In this document: positions 25,101 to 40,839 of the stretch, piece by piece
How positions within the stretch are numbered: position 1 is the stretch's first letter
How the letters are laid out: each line of letters opens with the position of its first letter
Source of the DNA: Sphaerodactylus townsendi
Taxonomy: Eukaryota
Length of the DNA stretch: 64,000 nt
Reading direction: 5' to 3'
NCBI RefSeq assembly: GCF_021028975.2
Contig: NC_059440.1
Span: forward strand, 29,760,001-29,824,000
Notes under the pieces: generated by a model
What the model was told of the DNA's origin: nothing
The model's database searches: none
What the model saw: only the letters and a program-made list of their open reading frames with translations
Program-made: the position numbers and the translations under genes

Positions 25101-25826
25101 AGAATGGGATGGTGGCCCGCTGAGGGCTTCTCTCCTCCTCCCCAGTCAAGGTCCAGTTTGAACCCTCAGTAACCAGATGGCAGCTCTGCCCGGAGGGCCC
25201 TGGTTTCCTCAGCGGCACAGCCAAAGGCCTCGGCGTGGTTTGGGAGGACCCTCGGCTGGGAATTTCCTTGTTCCTGCTGGCAATGGAGCCTTTCCCTGAC
25301 ATCCCGTTCTGATCTGATGGCAGCTCTTGGCTCCCCTCTGCTGCACAAATTGTGCATTATGCAGGGACGGGACATAGCTCCACACTAGCAGCCTTGGACC
25401 GTGGGCGGGTGTGCTTACGCACCCATGCTGGAGAGAAAAGAGTGAGGCGGAAGAACGGAGGCTGCAGCTGCGGCTGGCTGAAGCGGCAGAGCAGGTCCTC
25501 AAATGTGACGGGGCCCCAAATCCCAGCGCAGCATTTTCTGGGGTCTTCTTTCTTCTGCTGGCAGGTTCAGACTGTAAAGGGCAGGGACTTCTTCTCCGAG
25601 GCCCACGTCAGGCTGAGATGAATGTTGTGTGCTGGTTACGTGGGACACTTTGGAAGGGACACCTGTGCTCCACCAGCCTTCGTCTGAACTCTCTTTCTCT
25701 CTCTCTGGCGTTCCAGGGGTCGTGGTGATTTTCTTCGCTGCCTTCCCCACAGCCTCGCTGTATTATCTCCTTTGGGCCATTTCATACATCTGTTTCCCCA
25801 CTGCCTTGTGGAGCCACAAAGCGTGA
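22187..25826 (+). CDS. TMEM269: Transmembrane protein 269, CDP-alcohol phosphotransferase family; five core exons, start codon upstream
   Basis: Exons 22187-22334, 23571-23668, 24411-24554, 24691-24891, 25717-25826; GT-AG, one frame: ...RKNVANSISMANLVTGLFSILCTLNGLHHSACWLVLIGFLLDLADGAVARQLNACSALGAKLDDFADFTTFGLATALLL...RLCFFSSGIPFTYRGLPCPY...ESQAWKKVVYVGG...ALWSHKA*. Next to SVBP, as recalled for human. Confidence 0.9.
22394..22750. mobile_element. AT-rich insertion with 47-bp inverted arms and 14-bp flanking direct repeat
   Basis: Arms 22434-22480 and 22693-22739 (1 mismatch); direct repeat TGTGGTCCAGTATT at 22394-22407 and 22737-22750. Confidence 0.7.
23036..23312 (+). mobile_element. tRNA-derived squamate SINE
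   Basis: B-box-like gggtttgattcc, core ctgggtgaccttggg, 3' end caggagagaaagg...ataaatccaaactcttc. Confidence 0.8.
23895..24195 (+). mobile_element. tRNA-derived squamate SINE (Squam3-like)
   Basis: Aligns with 5596-6021; ends ataaatccaaacacttcttcttc. Confidence 0.85.
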
Positions 25827-28519
25827 GGCTGGCCGACGCACTGCACAGGTGACGTTGGCTTCGTGCGCAGCTGCGGTGAAATGTCCGAGGCAGCCCTGCC
25901 CTTCCGACCGAGCGATCCAGTGTTAACATCCATGAGTTGCCTAAACCTTACTAAAGCTTTCACCGTCCTGACTTGAACAAAATGGCTTTGGGGTGTCTCC
26001 ATCACATCCTCTCGCGCTGTGTCCTCCACGCAGGAGGGCTGTCTGGGGAGCGCAGCGGCCGCTGGCTGCCAGGTGAACAGAAAGCATCACCCTCCGAGCC
26101 TCATCTTCGGCGTAGATGTGAATGTACAGATTCTTGATAAACAAAGAACACTCTAGAGACTTAAGAGAAAGTCATTTTTAGATTTTTAAAAAATCCTCGG
26201 TGTAACATGTTGATGGCTTCTGGGAGCTTCCTTCTGCTCCGTGCTCTGCACTACCTGGCAGGAATGCTCTTCTGTCCCAGAGAAGGAGACCCCGCACTCC
26301 CTGCCCACGGGCAGCCACCTTTGCCTGGGAAACCTTGGGGAGGGGGAGGGGGCAGCGCTTAAAGGGAGCGTGCAGGCATCTTGGGTTTGTTCAGATGTGC
26401 AACACAACTCAGAGCACCTCTCAGGAGTTAATTCTTACTGTTTTGGGACCAAAACAGGGTCTGTGGTGAAGGAGGAACCACTTTGGCTCTCAAGGCCAAA
26501 GTCCACCTCCCTCCTGTGGCTTTTTTGGCCTTCTTTGATCTCTCCAGGTTGCCCAACTCAGACTATCCCATCCCAAATGCAGACCCATTGAAACTACAGA
26601 GACTTAACCTTTCATGCCTCTTCAAAGATTCCAGACAATGTCCAGTTTTACTTGGAGGATCACCAGCCAAGCGATAGCTAAGAACCTTCATCCTGGCCAG
26701 TTTCCAACCTCTGCAGAGATGCTTGTGGGCATCTGAGCAGATGCTCTGGGAGGTGGACTTGAAGCCAGCTCAGAGATTTCTCAGTTATTCAGCATCAAGA
26801 CGCTGATCCAGCCGAGTCCACCAATCCCACAGAAACCAGTCAGAGGGGCTGTGACAACACAGAACCGCCTTTTAGGGAATGTCCAACGGTCCTGCGGGTC
26901 TGAAAAAAGCTCTGGCTGGACCTTTTACCGCCACACAGCTCTCTCGTTTCTTTGCATTCAGTTTCCAGGCTCTGGCACATAAATTACTTCTGTATTAAAT
27001 AGCCCTGTATGATATGTCTGCCATCAGGACAGAGCATAGCATTTCCCTCACCCCTTAAAGGAGACAAAAGGCCATTGAGCTGCTTTCCTTATCAAGAATG
27101 CCAGTCCCTGCACAGAAACACCTGGAGGGCCTCTGAAAGCTCAGTCCCCGCCCCACCCCGCTCCTGACAAAGGTCAGTGGGTTGCACCCCAGAAGATGAC
27201 TCTCTTTTTGCTTACCTAAAAACTTGCTAGGCTCCTGAGTGCTTTGGCCTCTCCTTTGAGGCAAAGCCCTGATTACTTATTTGCATGAAGCCAGCAAGTG
27301 GATTTGCTGCTGTCCAAACAGAACAAAAACTCCCCGTGTGGGGGAGCACTGGGCTATTTATTTTTTACTGAACAACGTAGCGAGATGTTCCTAAAAAAAT
27401 TAATCTTCTTCCTACAATTGTTTTTAATATGAGAGTGGGGAAATGTCTGGAAGATTTATTGGGTTTCTTTGGAAAACTGTACTTGAAACAGGCAACCTTG
27501 TGTTTTGGGAAATAAAATGTGGAGACAGAGATTCCTGTGTTTTGCAAGCTGATTTCATCTGGCACAGCCAGCAGGCTTGGGATGGCCTTCAGCGGCAGCT
27601 GCTGTATCGAGGGGTTGTCTCAAATGCTGGTGGATCAGGACTGTAAGGAAAGGGTGAACACACTAGCCCGGTTCAAAAGGCAATGAGTCCTCAGACCCTC
27701 ATAAAACCCACAAAACAGCTTTATTTCTTTAAACGTTTATTTCTCAAACCACAGTAATAAATAGAGTTAAAAAAGAGAGTTGCAAAACAGAGAGGATGGA
27801 ACGGAGCACCCAAGAGAGAAGCACAGAGTTGGGTGTTGGCTGGGGTGCAGATGGGCTGGTGTTGGAGAAGCCCCTCCGGCTGTCTGTCTGTCTGTTCGAG
27901 GGCTGAAGCCACGCTCGGGGCTCCGTCCCACGCAGGAAGAACGCCTTCACTCGCCCGACGCCTGCATCTGCTTGCAGAAGGCATCGAACTGCTGCTGCTC
28001 CAGTTCCGTCATCACTCGGTTGAGGGCATAAATCTGGGAACCAAACAAAACAGGCACATGTTATACATCTGGCGGGGGGTGGGGTGGGGTGGGGTGGGAT
28101 TGCCACCTGGAAAAGCGGCTCCAGCAGAGGTCTTCTGAACTATTCTGGGATGGAGACCAGATGTGCCCTCCCCCCCTGCCTTCTGGATACTAGCTGCTGG
28201 GAGACCAATGCTGGGGCAGAGGCTTCGAGCCCATCCTGGTCACTGGGAAAACAGGATGGCTGACCAGAAGGATCCACCTTGGACAGCTCCTTGGCCCCCT
28301 CTTCTCCACACTAGCGGGGGGGGGCCCTCATGCTGAAGTGAAGCGGGGGAGGGGGTAAGGGGCTCCCCCACCCAACAGCAAGCAGAGGAAGGAGACCCCC
28401 AGCATTGCGGACGTCACTCAGCTCAGGGAAGCGCCCAGGTCCAGTTCAGGGAGCTCCAGAGCACCTTGCCCCGCCCGCCTACCGGAGCCCGGCTGATACA
28501 CGTGGACCTGATGCCTTTC

Positions 28520-33695
<5,176 letters not shown>

Positions 33696-33751
33696 GGGCT
33701 CCTGGACTCCTGGAGGGGGGAGTGCGGGGCTTGAGTGAGCAAGACGGCTGT

Positions 33752-33935
33752 TAGGGTGTTGTGGGATTTCCGGGTTGTATGGCTGTGTTCCAGTAGCATT
33801 TCCTCCTGATGTTTTGCTTGCATCTGTGGCTGGCGTCTGCAGGTGAAACGTCAGGAGAAAATGCTACTGGAACACGGCCATGCAACCTGGAAATCCCACA
33901 CCACCCTAGTGATTCCAGCTGTGAAAGCCTTTGAT
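33752..33935. mobile_element. Penelope-like inverted terminal-repeat remnant in the TRIM62 3' UTR
   Basis: ~63-bp inverted arms at 33752-33814 and 33846-33908; gaaacgtcagga and gccagccacagatgc motifs recalled from squamate Penelope-like repeats. Confidence 0.6.
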
Positions 33936-34389
33936 TATAAAATGATTGTTGGTTGTGACTGTGGAGGGGGGCGGGAGGGCTGGATGGAGAGGGCTCCTTA
34001 TGAGAAGTCAGGGCAGGGGGGCTTTATCAGTATGTGGGGGGGGGACAGTTAAGGGGGGTGGGGAGGCTGCTGACAGGATCTCTGCCTGGACCAGTGAGGA
34101 AGTGCTTTGCTAGGGGACAGAGGAACAGGTTGGCTCTCTTGCCAGGGGCAGCCAGGGCTGCATATCTGCGTGTACCGAACGTCCACCCACCTCTCTGCTG
34201 GCACACCTGGGAAAGGTGTCCTTATGCATTTATACAGACTTAGTTCTTCTTACTTGCTCTTACGGAGACTGTGTGCAAAACGAACACTGTCAGTCTTTTG
34301 TCACTGGGGCACACTGGTCAACTCCCAATTTAAAAGGTGTGTTTTTTTAAAAAAAGCAAATACTTATTGTGGGTGGGGTGAGGGGAAAC

Positions 34390-34395
34390 AATAAA
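34390..34395 (+). terminator. TRIM62 polyadenylation signal
   Basis: First AATAAA found after the stop, followed by a T/C-rich tract. Confidence 0.65.
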
Positions 34396-35359
34396 AGAAA
34401 CTGACATTTTGGAACCCAAGCTCAGCCGCTTGTCTTTCTGCCTTGTTTCCTTCTTCAACATGAGATGGAAAACCACCCTCCCCTCAACTTCTGTCTCACC
34501 CGCTGAGTTGGCTCCTCGAGTAGCAGGAGGGTTCAGAGGCCTTAGGTCTTGGCTAAGCTCTGCCCAGTGAGCTGAGCTGTAGCTGCTAATTCTGCCGCCA
34601 CGGCCACGCTAGACTTCCCCTGCTAAGTGTCTCATTTACATTGTGAGAGTGAAATTCAAGCCTCCCTGTTGGGGTGAGGCTGCCTCACGAACCTCTCTCT
34701 GTGGACAGAAGGTCTGTTGTTTCTGTAGCCACACAATAAGCAGAAACCCAACAAGCCTGCGTTTTCTCCTCTTCCCTTCTCCGCTTCTGCAAAAGTGCTA
34801 TTTCGGCTGGTGGAATTCCTAAAGGTTCAGTGTTTTTGTTGGGGAAGGAAAAGAGAACAGACCTCCTTTGTTCCATCTGTCGATTTGGTGAACAGACTTG
34901 CAGTTTCTGACCATCCGTAATTCTCTCTCCGTTTTCATCCCACCACAACTCAGCGCAGCAGGTGAGGGTGTGAGCGAGCGGCTGGCTGGCTGGCTGGCTG
35001 GCTCAGGGTGAGCTTCATGGCAAAGTCTAGATTTGAACCTGGTTATCATGGAACCTGATGCTCCAACCCAACTTTCGTTGGTCGACCCTGTGAAGATTTA
35101 GGAGCATCCCCCATGACCATGCCCACTCGCAGAGACTTGTTAAAACGGCATGCCAGACAATCCGTCCGAGTACTCTTTGTTACGCCAGACTCATTGTTGG
35201 CTTTACAGATGTACTGTTTGCCTGGGAGAAAATGAGGGAGGAGAGGCCATGGCTGAGTGGCAGAACATCTGCATTGCATGCAGGAAGTCCCGGTTCAAGG
35301 CTCAGCATCTCCACTTTAGGGCTGCTGCATCCACACAGCATTGGATATTGCAATGCTGA

Positions 35360-35890
35360 ACATGCATCTGAACATGGCCCACCCCACCCTTCTGGAGGGA
35401 GAGGAGGGAGGGGGAGGGGTGGCATGCAAGGGAGGGGAGGGAGGGGCCTGGCATCTGGACATGACCCACCCACCCTAGTGGAGGGAGGGGGAGGGTGACA
35501 TGCAAGGGGAGGGGAAGGAGGGGAGGGAGGGGTGGCATGCAAGGGAGGGGAGGGAGGGGCCTGGCATCTGGACATGACCCACCCACCCTAGTGGAGGGAG
35601 GGGTGACATGCAAGGGAAGGGGAAGGAGGGGAGGGAGGGGTAGCATGCAAGGGAGGGGAGGGAGGGGCCTGGCATCTGGACATGACCCACCCACCCTAGT
35701 GGAGGGAGGGGGAGGGGTGACATGCAAGGAAAGGGGAAGGAGGGGAGGGAGTGAGGGGTGGCATTCAAGGGAGGGGAGGGAGGGGAAGGGGGCCCAGCAT
35801 CTGAACATGGCTCACCTACCCGAGAGGAGGGAGAGGAGGGAGTGGGAGGGAGGGTGGCATGCAAGGGAGGGGAGTGAAAGGGAGGGGGCC
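35360..35890. repeat. Purine-rich minisatellite, ~5 units of ~90-125 bp
   Basis: Unit starts gcatctg(g/a)acatg at ~35364, 35451, 35564, 35672, 35797, separated by GGGA/GGGGA runs. Confidence 0.9.
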
Positions 35891-35919
35891 TTTTTTTCTG
35901 CAGATATAACACTTTGATA

Positions 35920-36181
35920 CTTTCTGTAGTTAGCAGAAGATAATGAGATGGAACTAAAACATAAGATACTCTTACCCAACCTAAGAGTTATATAGCAAAT
36001 CTGTATAGATTATTACATATATCAGAAATATGTCAAACGTTAAGATTATTTTGATTTATTAATGTAATAGGAATCACTGGATTACTGAAAGAGAAGCAGA
36101 TGCAGTTGAAGATACTATAATGTAATATTAATTGATCCAATTATCCAAAAAAAAGTAGATTGCTGTTTCAATTTCTGCATA
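35920..36181 (+). mobile_element. L1 fragment (inter-ORF region and ORF2 start)
   Basis: 36002-36181 nearly identical to 44269-44452, which runs on into endonuclease motifs (DLICLQETHI). Confidence 0.7.
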
Positions 36182-36283
36182 GAACGAATGAAGAGCATAA
36201 AAGACATAAATTAGATCCCTACGGCAGTGAGAGAGCCATAGGAACTCCTATATTATTACAACTGTCTGAAATTGATCACAGAT

Positions 36284-36362
36284 CCTCTAGGTGGCAGCAG
36301 AGGACTGTGGAACTGCAGAATTTGTATTGTTGGCAACTGATCGCAGATCCACTAGGTGGCAG
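36284..36362 (+). promoter_or_regulatory. Tandem pair of CTCF-like motifs
   Basis: CCTCTAGGTGGCAG (36284-36297) and CCACTAGGTGGCAG (36349-36362) within a ~65-bp duplication. Confidence 0.5.
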
Positions 36363-36649
36363 CAGAGTACTGTGGAACTGCAGAATTTATATTTAATCTT
36401 CTATTGCTAGCCTATGACAGCATTGTAGGGCTGTATGGTGTTAGGTTATAATTTTGGCTAGTTAGTTACCTACAAGGTAATGGATATATTTAGATTAGTT
36501 AAACTTAGCTATGGTTAGGTATAGGTTAGTTATGAAGTGTTGTATTTATAGAAATTTTTAGTCTATATTTATAGTCTATTTACAGAAAATTTTAGTCTAT
36601 ACCTTAGTATTTATTGATTAGCTAGGTTTAAATTGCTGTATATGCACTA

Positions 36650-38540
36650 GCATATGTGGAGTCTGTGAGCTCTAAATTTTAACTTACTTTCTGTTTTAAT
36701 ACAAGCAGCTGGTTCGCAGCAGCAACTTTCTTTTGCTTTTTTTGGCTTCCCTCTCCTGGCAAAATTTATTTGGCTGACTGCCACTGTTTTAATTGTCTAA
36801 ACAACGAAGGAAATGACTTTGAGGAAACGTCGCCGTTCAAATCTGAGCTCTAATACCTCGAACCAAAAACCTCCCAAACAAAGTAAAATAGATGATTTTA
36901 CCACCAATTATTCTCAGCAATCTCTTCATAATGAACTTAAGCTTTCAAACAGGTTTGAGGTTTTGGAAACTTCTGTTTCGGAAGCTTCTGCCGCTCCCGC
37001 TGATCACTTCTCACACGAGGTGCCCTTGCAAATGAACGAAGTTGTGAATAACAGCACACACGAAGAGGAAAGTGTTTATCCTTCACCCCTACTTCCACTT
37101 TCAACAACTGAATGTTTACCAGCAGTGGGGAGTTCCCCTGTGTTTAATCATCATCATAAGCTTTTATCGGACAGCCTAGAAGTAAAGCATTTGACTGATT
37201 TGCATTTTCAAAGGAGGCTTTTCTTATTTCCCAAGACCTTTGAGAAATTGCTATTGCTCTGTTTCTTTTAAGTGAGAGAGTGGGTTCCCTCTTTGATTTC
37301 TTCCATCTCTGAAAAATCCAGGGCTCCCAACAACCCTGATTCACCTATTTTGTATACAATTCCTAAACACTCACCCCCCCCAATTATTTAATTTTTTTAA
37401 CTCCAGATAAACTCTCCACCATAATTTGTGCTGCAGCACCACCAAGTGTCAGTTGATATAGGGGACTCTGTTTCTAACAATGGTCGTGGTGGTCAACCTT
37501 CCACAGGATATGCACATCCCTCAGTAAACTTCTTAACCAAGCTAACCAAAGAAGACTCCACCTGAAATCCTCCTTTAAAAGACTTCCATATCGTAATAAA
37601 TACACAAGACTGGTACTAAGCTTTGAGTCCCCTGACATCCCCTCCTATCTACTCAAGCACAAAACCTTTTTTGCTAATAGCTATGACATCTGGGTAAATA
37701 GGGTTTTTTACAACACCAAAATCAACAAATTGGTGGATATTCCCAGCAACAAGGAGTTACCCAATAAAGTAATCTCTCCTAAGGAACCCTCGACTTTTTC
37801 ATCCTGTACTCTCCCAGAGACTCTCAACAGAAATTCCGAAAGGATGAATGAGATTAACTCCATCCTGACAGAATGGAACTGTCTAAAGACTCTTATTGAG
37901 GGATGGTGGGTAGTCATCAACGCCCACCTAAGAACCCAGGTGAAATCCCTTCAGCTAAGCAGGTATGGAAACTATTAAAACAACTCCCCAGATAGGACTC
38001 CTAACTCTCCACTCACAACTTCTAGATCTCTCCACCCATCAACAGCTGATACAACATCAAACCACTAACAGAGAGAATCTTAAAAGTCCGCTAAAACCAC
38101 CTAATCAAGAAATCTATGATTGATATTGATCTATGCTCTTCAGAAAGAGTACTCTATTACAGAGACTTCCGTCGCTCAGGAGGAAAATCCTGGGCAGTTG
38201 AGCTGGAGGAATTGCAACTATGTTCTATCAATCCCAGTCCTGGTACCATCTCGGACACTATAACTCATAATGGAACAGTTGAGACCCTATTATGTATTAG
38301 TTCCAAGGTCCCCCTAATCGAACCCGAATCCACAATCAATGAAGGAAAGAATACAGAGGGATTTTGTGATCTTTCTATTGGCCCTCAAGAAGATCTAGTT
38401 GATATCTCAGCCTCCCCAGTACCTGCACTTGGTCAAAGAAATTTCATTAAGTCAACAGCTCAAGTCCTCCGTGAGGAGGAATCGCAGCCCCAGCCAACTG
38501 GAGACAACAAAGAGGCAAAGTCAACTACTAGCATATGTGG
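36650..38540 (+). mobile_element. Degraded ORF1 region of an RTE-X-like LINE
   Basis: KQSKIDDF...SNRFEVL (ORF 36813) and GKSWAVELEELQ (ORF 38116) parallel KQPKIQDFF...TNRYAAL and GKSWAQELAELQ in the element at 48907-53539. Confidence 0.6.
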
Positions 38541-38559
38541 ATTTCAATTCCAGGTAGGA

Positions 38560-39860
38560 TACCTCCCTTCTGAGGACGCCCACGAGGAGGCCCTGGATGG
38601 GTCAGGGATTCCAGTGATATTGGGGCAAGGGAGGTATGACGGTAGGCCTAGGCCGAATATTAGACGCAGAGTGAGATATAGTGAAGCTCACTCTCTGTCT
38701 GACCTACAGCCTATCCCAAAGAATGCAGGTAGTGGGATAGGGATTAACTACTCTGCTCCTAGGCTGCTGTTGGCCCACGTGTGTTTTCAGGTGCCCCAGG
38801 GGCAAGTAGGCATGTGGGGCACGGGACAAGCCGTCGTTCCAATTTATATGTATACCCCACCCTGTCCCCTTGGGGCTCAGGCAGCAGAAGGCTTCCTCTC
38901 AGTCTCTTCAGCTGGGCTGGCATTCCGTCCCCTGGGAAAGGCTGGAGAAGGGTCATCCCGCCCCCTTTGTGTGGGTTGGCCGAGGGAGTTAATTACTCTG
39001 CTCCTAGGCTGCTGTTGATTAACGCGAGGTCGATCAATAACAAATATGCTACCCTCCGAGAATATCTCGGAGGTCAAGCTACTGACCTCGTGTGTGTCAC
39101 GGAGACCTGGGTGAGAGAGGGCGAAACAGTCGCCCTCAACAATCTCACTCCAGAGGGTACCATGGCAGTCCAGCAGCCTTGGACACAGGGCCGGGGGGGG
39201 GGGGGGGGCGTGGCGATGCTCATCCGAGACACCATCTCCTTCAGGACGTACCCTGTCCTGGTGATTGATGGCATGGAGTGTTTAGGCCTCCATTGGGACT
39301 ACCAAGAGAAGCTGCCGATCCTGCTGGTGTACCGGTCACCTAGTGCACCGGCGGATAGCCTGTCACGGCTTTTGGAGGTCGTCTCGGAGTGGGCGCTGGA
39401 GCACCCTCGCTTAATTGTGTTGGGTGACTTCAACGTCCATGTTGATTCGGCCTCCTCATCAGTAGCCGCTGATCTAGTGTCATCCATGGCGACGCTAGGC
39501 CTCTCTCTTGTAAATACTGGTGTCCCTACTCATCAAGGGGGCCACACTCTGGACCTAGTCTTCGCGGCAGGCGTGCATGTGGTCTTATCCTCTGTAGAAA
39601 GAGTGCTGTGGTCTGATCACTATGTCCTGAAGGCTCGGATTGATGCTCCTATGCCCCCTGTCTAGGTGACGGGCATATTTTAGCCCGCCCGTGGAGATTA
39701 ATGGAACCAGACCGGTTCCAAAATGCTCTACGGGAACTCCTGCCCACTGGCGCTACCCTAGATGAGCTGGTAGAGAGTTGGGGCACCAGGCTCTCTGAAG
39801 CCATCGACGGTATCACTCCAAAGCGCCCTCTCTGCACCCGCACCAACCCGGCTCCTTGGA
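38560..39860 (+). mobile_element. L2-clade LINE, APE endonuclease region
   Basis: LLLINARSINNK, VTETW, LVYRSP, LGDFNVH, PTHQGGHTLDL, WSDH motifs. Confidence 0.85.
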
Positions 39861-39869
39861 ACCCAAGAC

Positions 39870-40180
39870 CTGATTCAGGAACTGAGCCCGCTTCGGAAGA
39901 GGGATGAAAATATGCAAGTGTTGAGCCAGGAAGTAAATTATCTGACTGAAGTCCTAACGATGGACATCAAGGTGAAAGAAGAAAGCGAAGAGCAAACAGT
40001 ATTTCCTGCCGTGACACAGAAGGAGAAGAAGGCAGGTCTGAATCAGGAGGTTGGAGCATCAAGACCAAGCAGCCGAGCCGATGGACATGCATATAAAAAA
40101 GGAAGAGAAGGAAGAACGGAGGTCTCCAAGCAGCTCCAGGACCTTGAGAGAGTCCTCAAAGAGGAGAATGAGTCCTGAAA
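39870..40180 (+). mobile_element. Unidentified insert, possibly a gag-like N-terminal fragment
   Basis: Charged low-complexity ORF 39912-40178 interrupting the L2; family not recognised. Confidence 0.25.
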
Positions 40181-40296
40181 AGGTGTTCAAGGGAAAGTCG
40201 CCACCTGACCAGATACCGCCAAAACTCACGCTATTGGTTTTGCTCTTTGGAGTCTCGGGGATCTCGGCCTGGCTTTGATTTATTCTGGCAGCCGTA

Positions 40297-40839
40297 TTAG
40301 CGAAGTACGGCAATAAACTTATCTGGTGGTGACACCAGCGTCTTCATAATTACAGAAAGGGTCGCTTTTGAAAGTTGCCCCATCGCAGATCGTGTTTTTG
40401 AGGGTTCCATTAATTTGCAATCGCCAATTCTGAGTTTTATGCTAAACCTCATGACTTCGGCCATGGATTTTCTGTCCCTCAGAGCCTCGGCCACGCTGAA
40501 AAGGGTGAAGTGCTGCAAAACATAAAAATAGCATTTTAAAACCCCTCTGCAACACTATACAGCATCTCCCCCAATGCCCCAACCTGTCCTGATTCACCTC
40601 ACCTCCATCTTGACATGCTTATTCTGTTCAACACCATCTTCTGTTGAAACACAGGCGTCACGGGTTTGCTTCTGGTCGGTTGGTCCCGCATCACCCTCAG
40701 ACCCCGGAAACAGCTTTTTGGCAAATTTCTTGAAAAAGATGTCATTGTCGCTATCATCGGCATCCATAGCCGCATGCCTCCCTCTGGTCGGGGCAGGGGG
40801 TGGAGAAAGTGAAAAAGGGCTCCCTGCAGGGGTTTCCAT
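40297..40839 (-). other. Two-exon ORF of unknown identity (~150 aa), probably transposon-derived
   Basis: 40839-40603 (donor GAG|GTGAGG) joins 40512-40297 (acceptor ttttgcag) in frame across a 90-nt intron. Confidence 0.35.

Noticed and set aside
33800-33856. Active hammerhead ribozyme
   Set aside because: Core is mutated on both strands (CTGCAGA / CAAAAC on minus; CTGATGT on plus).
35180-35917. Pro-rich and Gly/Arg-rich repeat ORFs
   Set aside because: Translations of the minisatellite.
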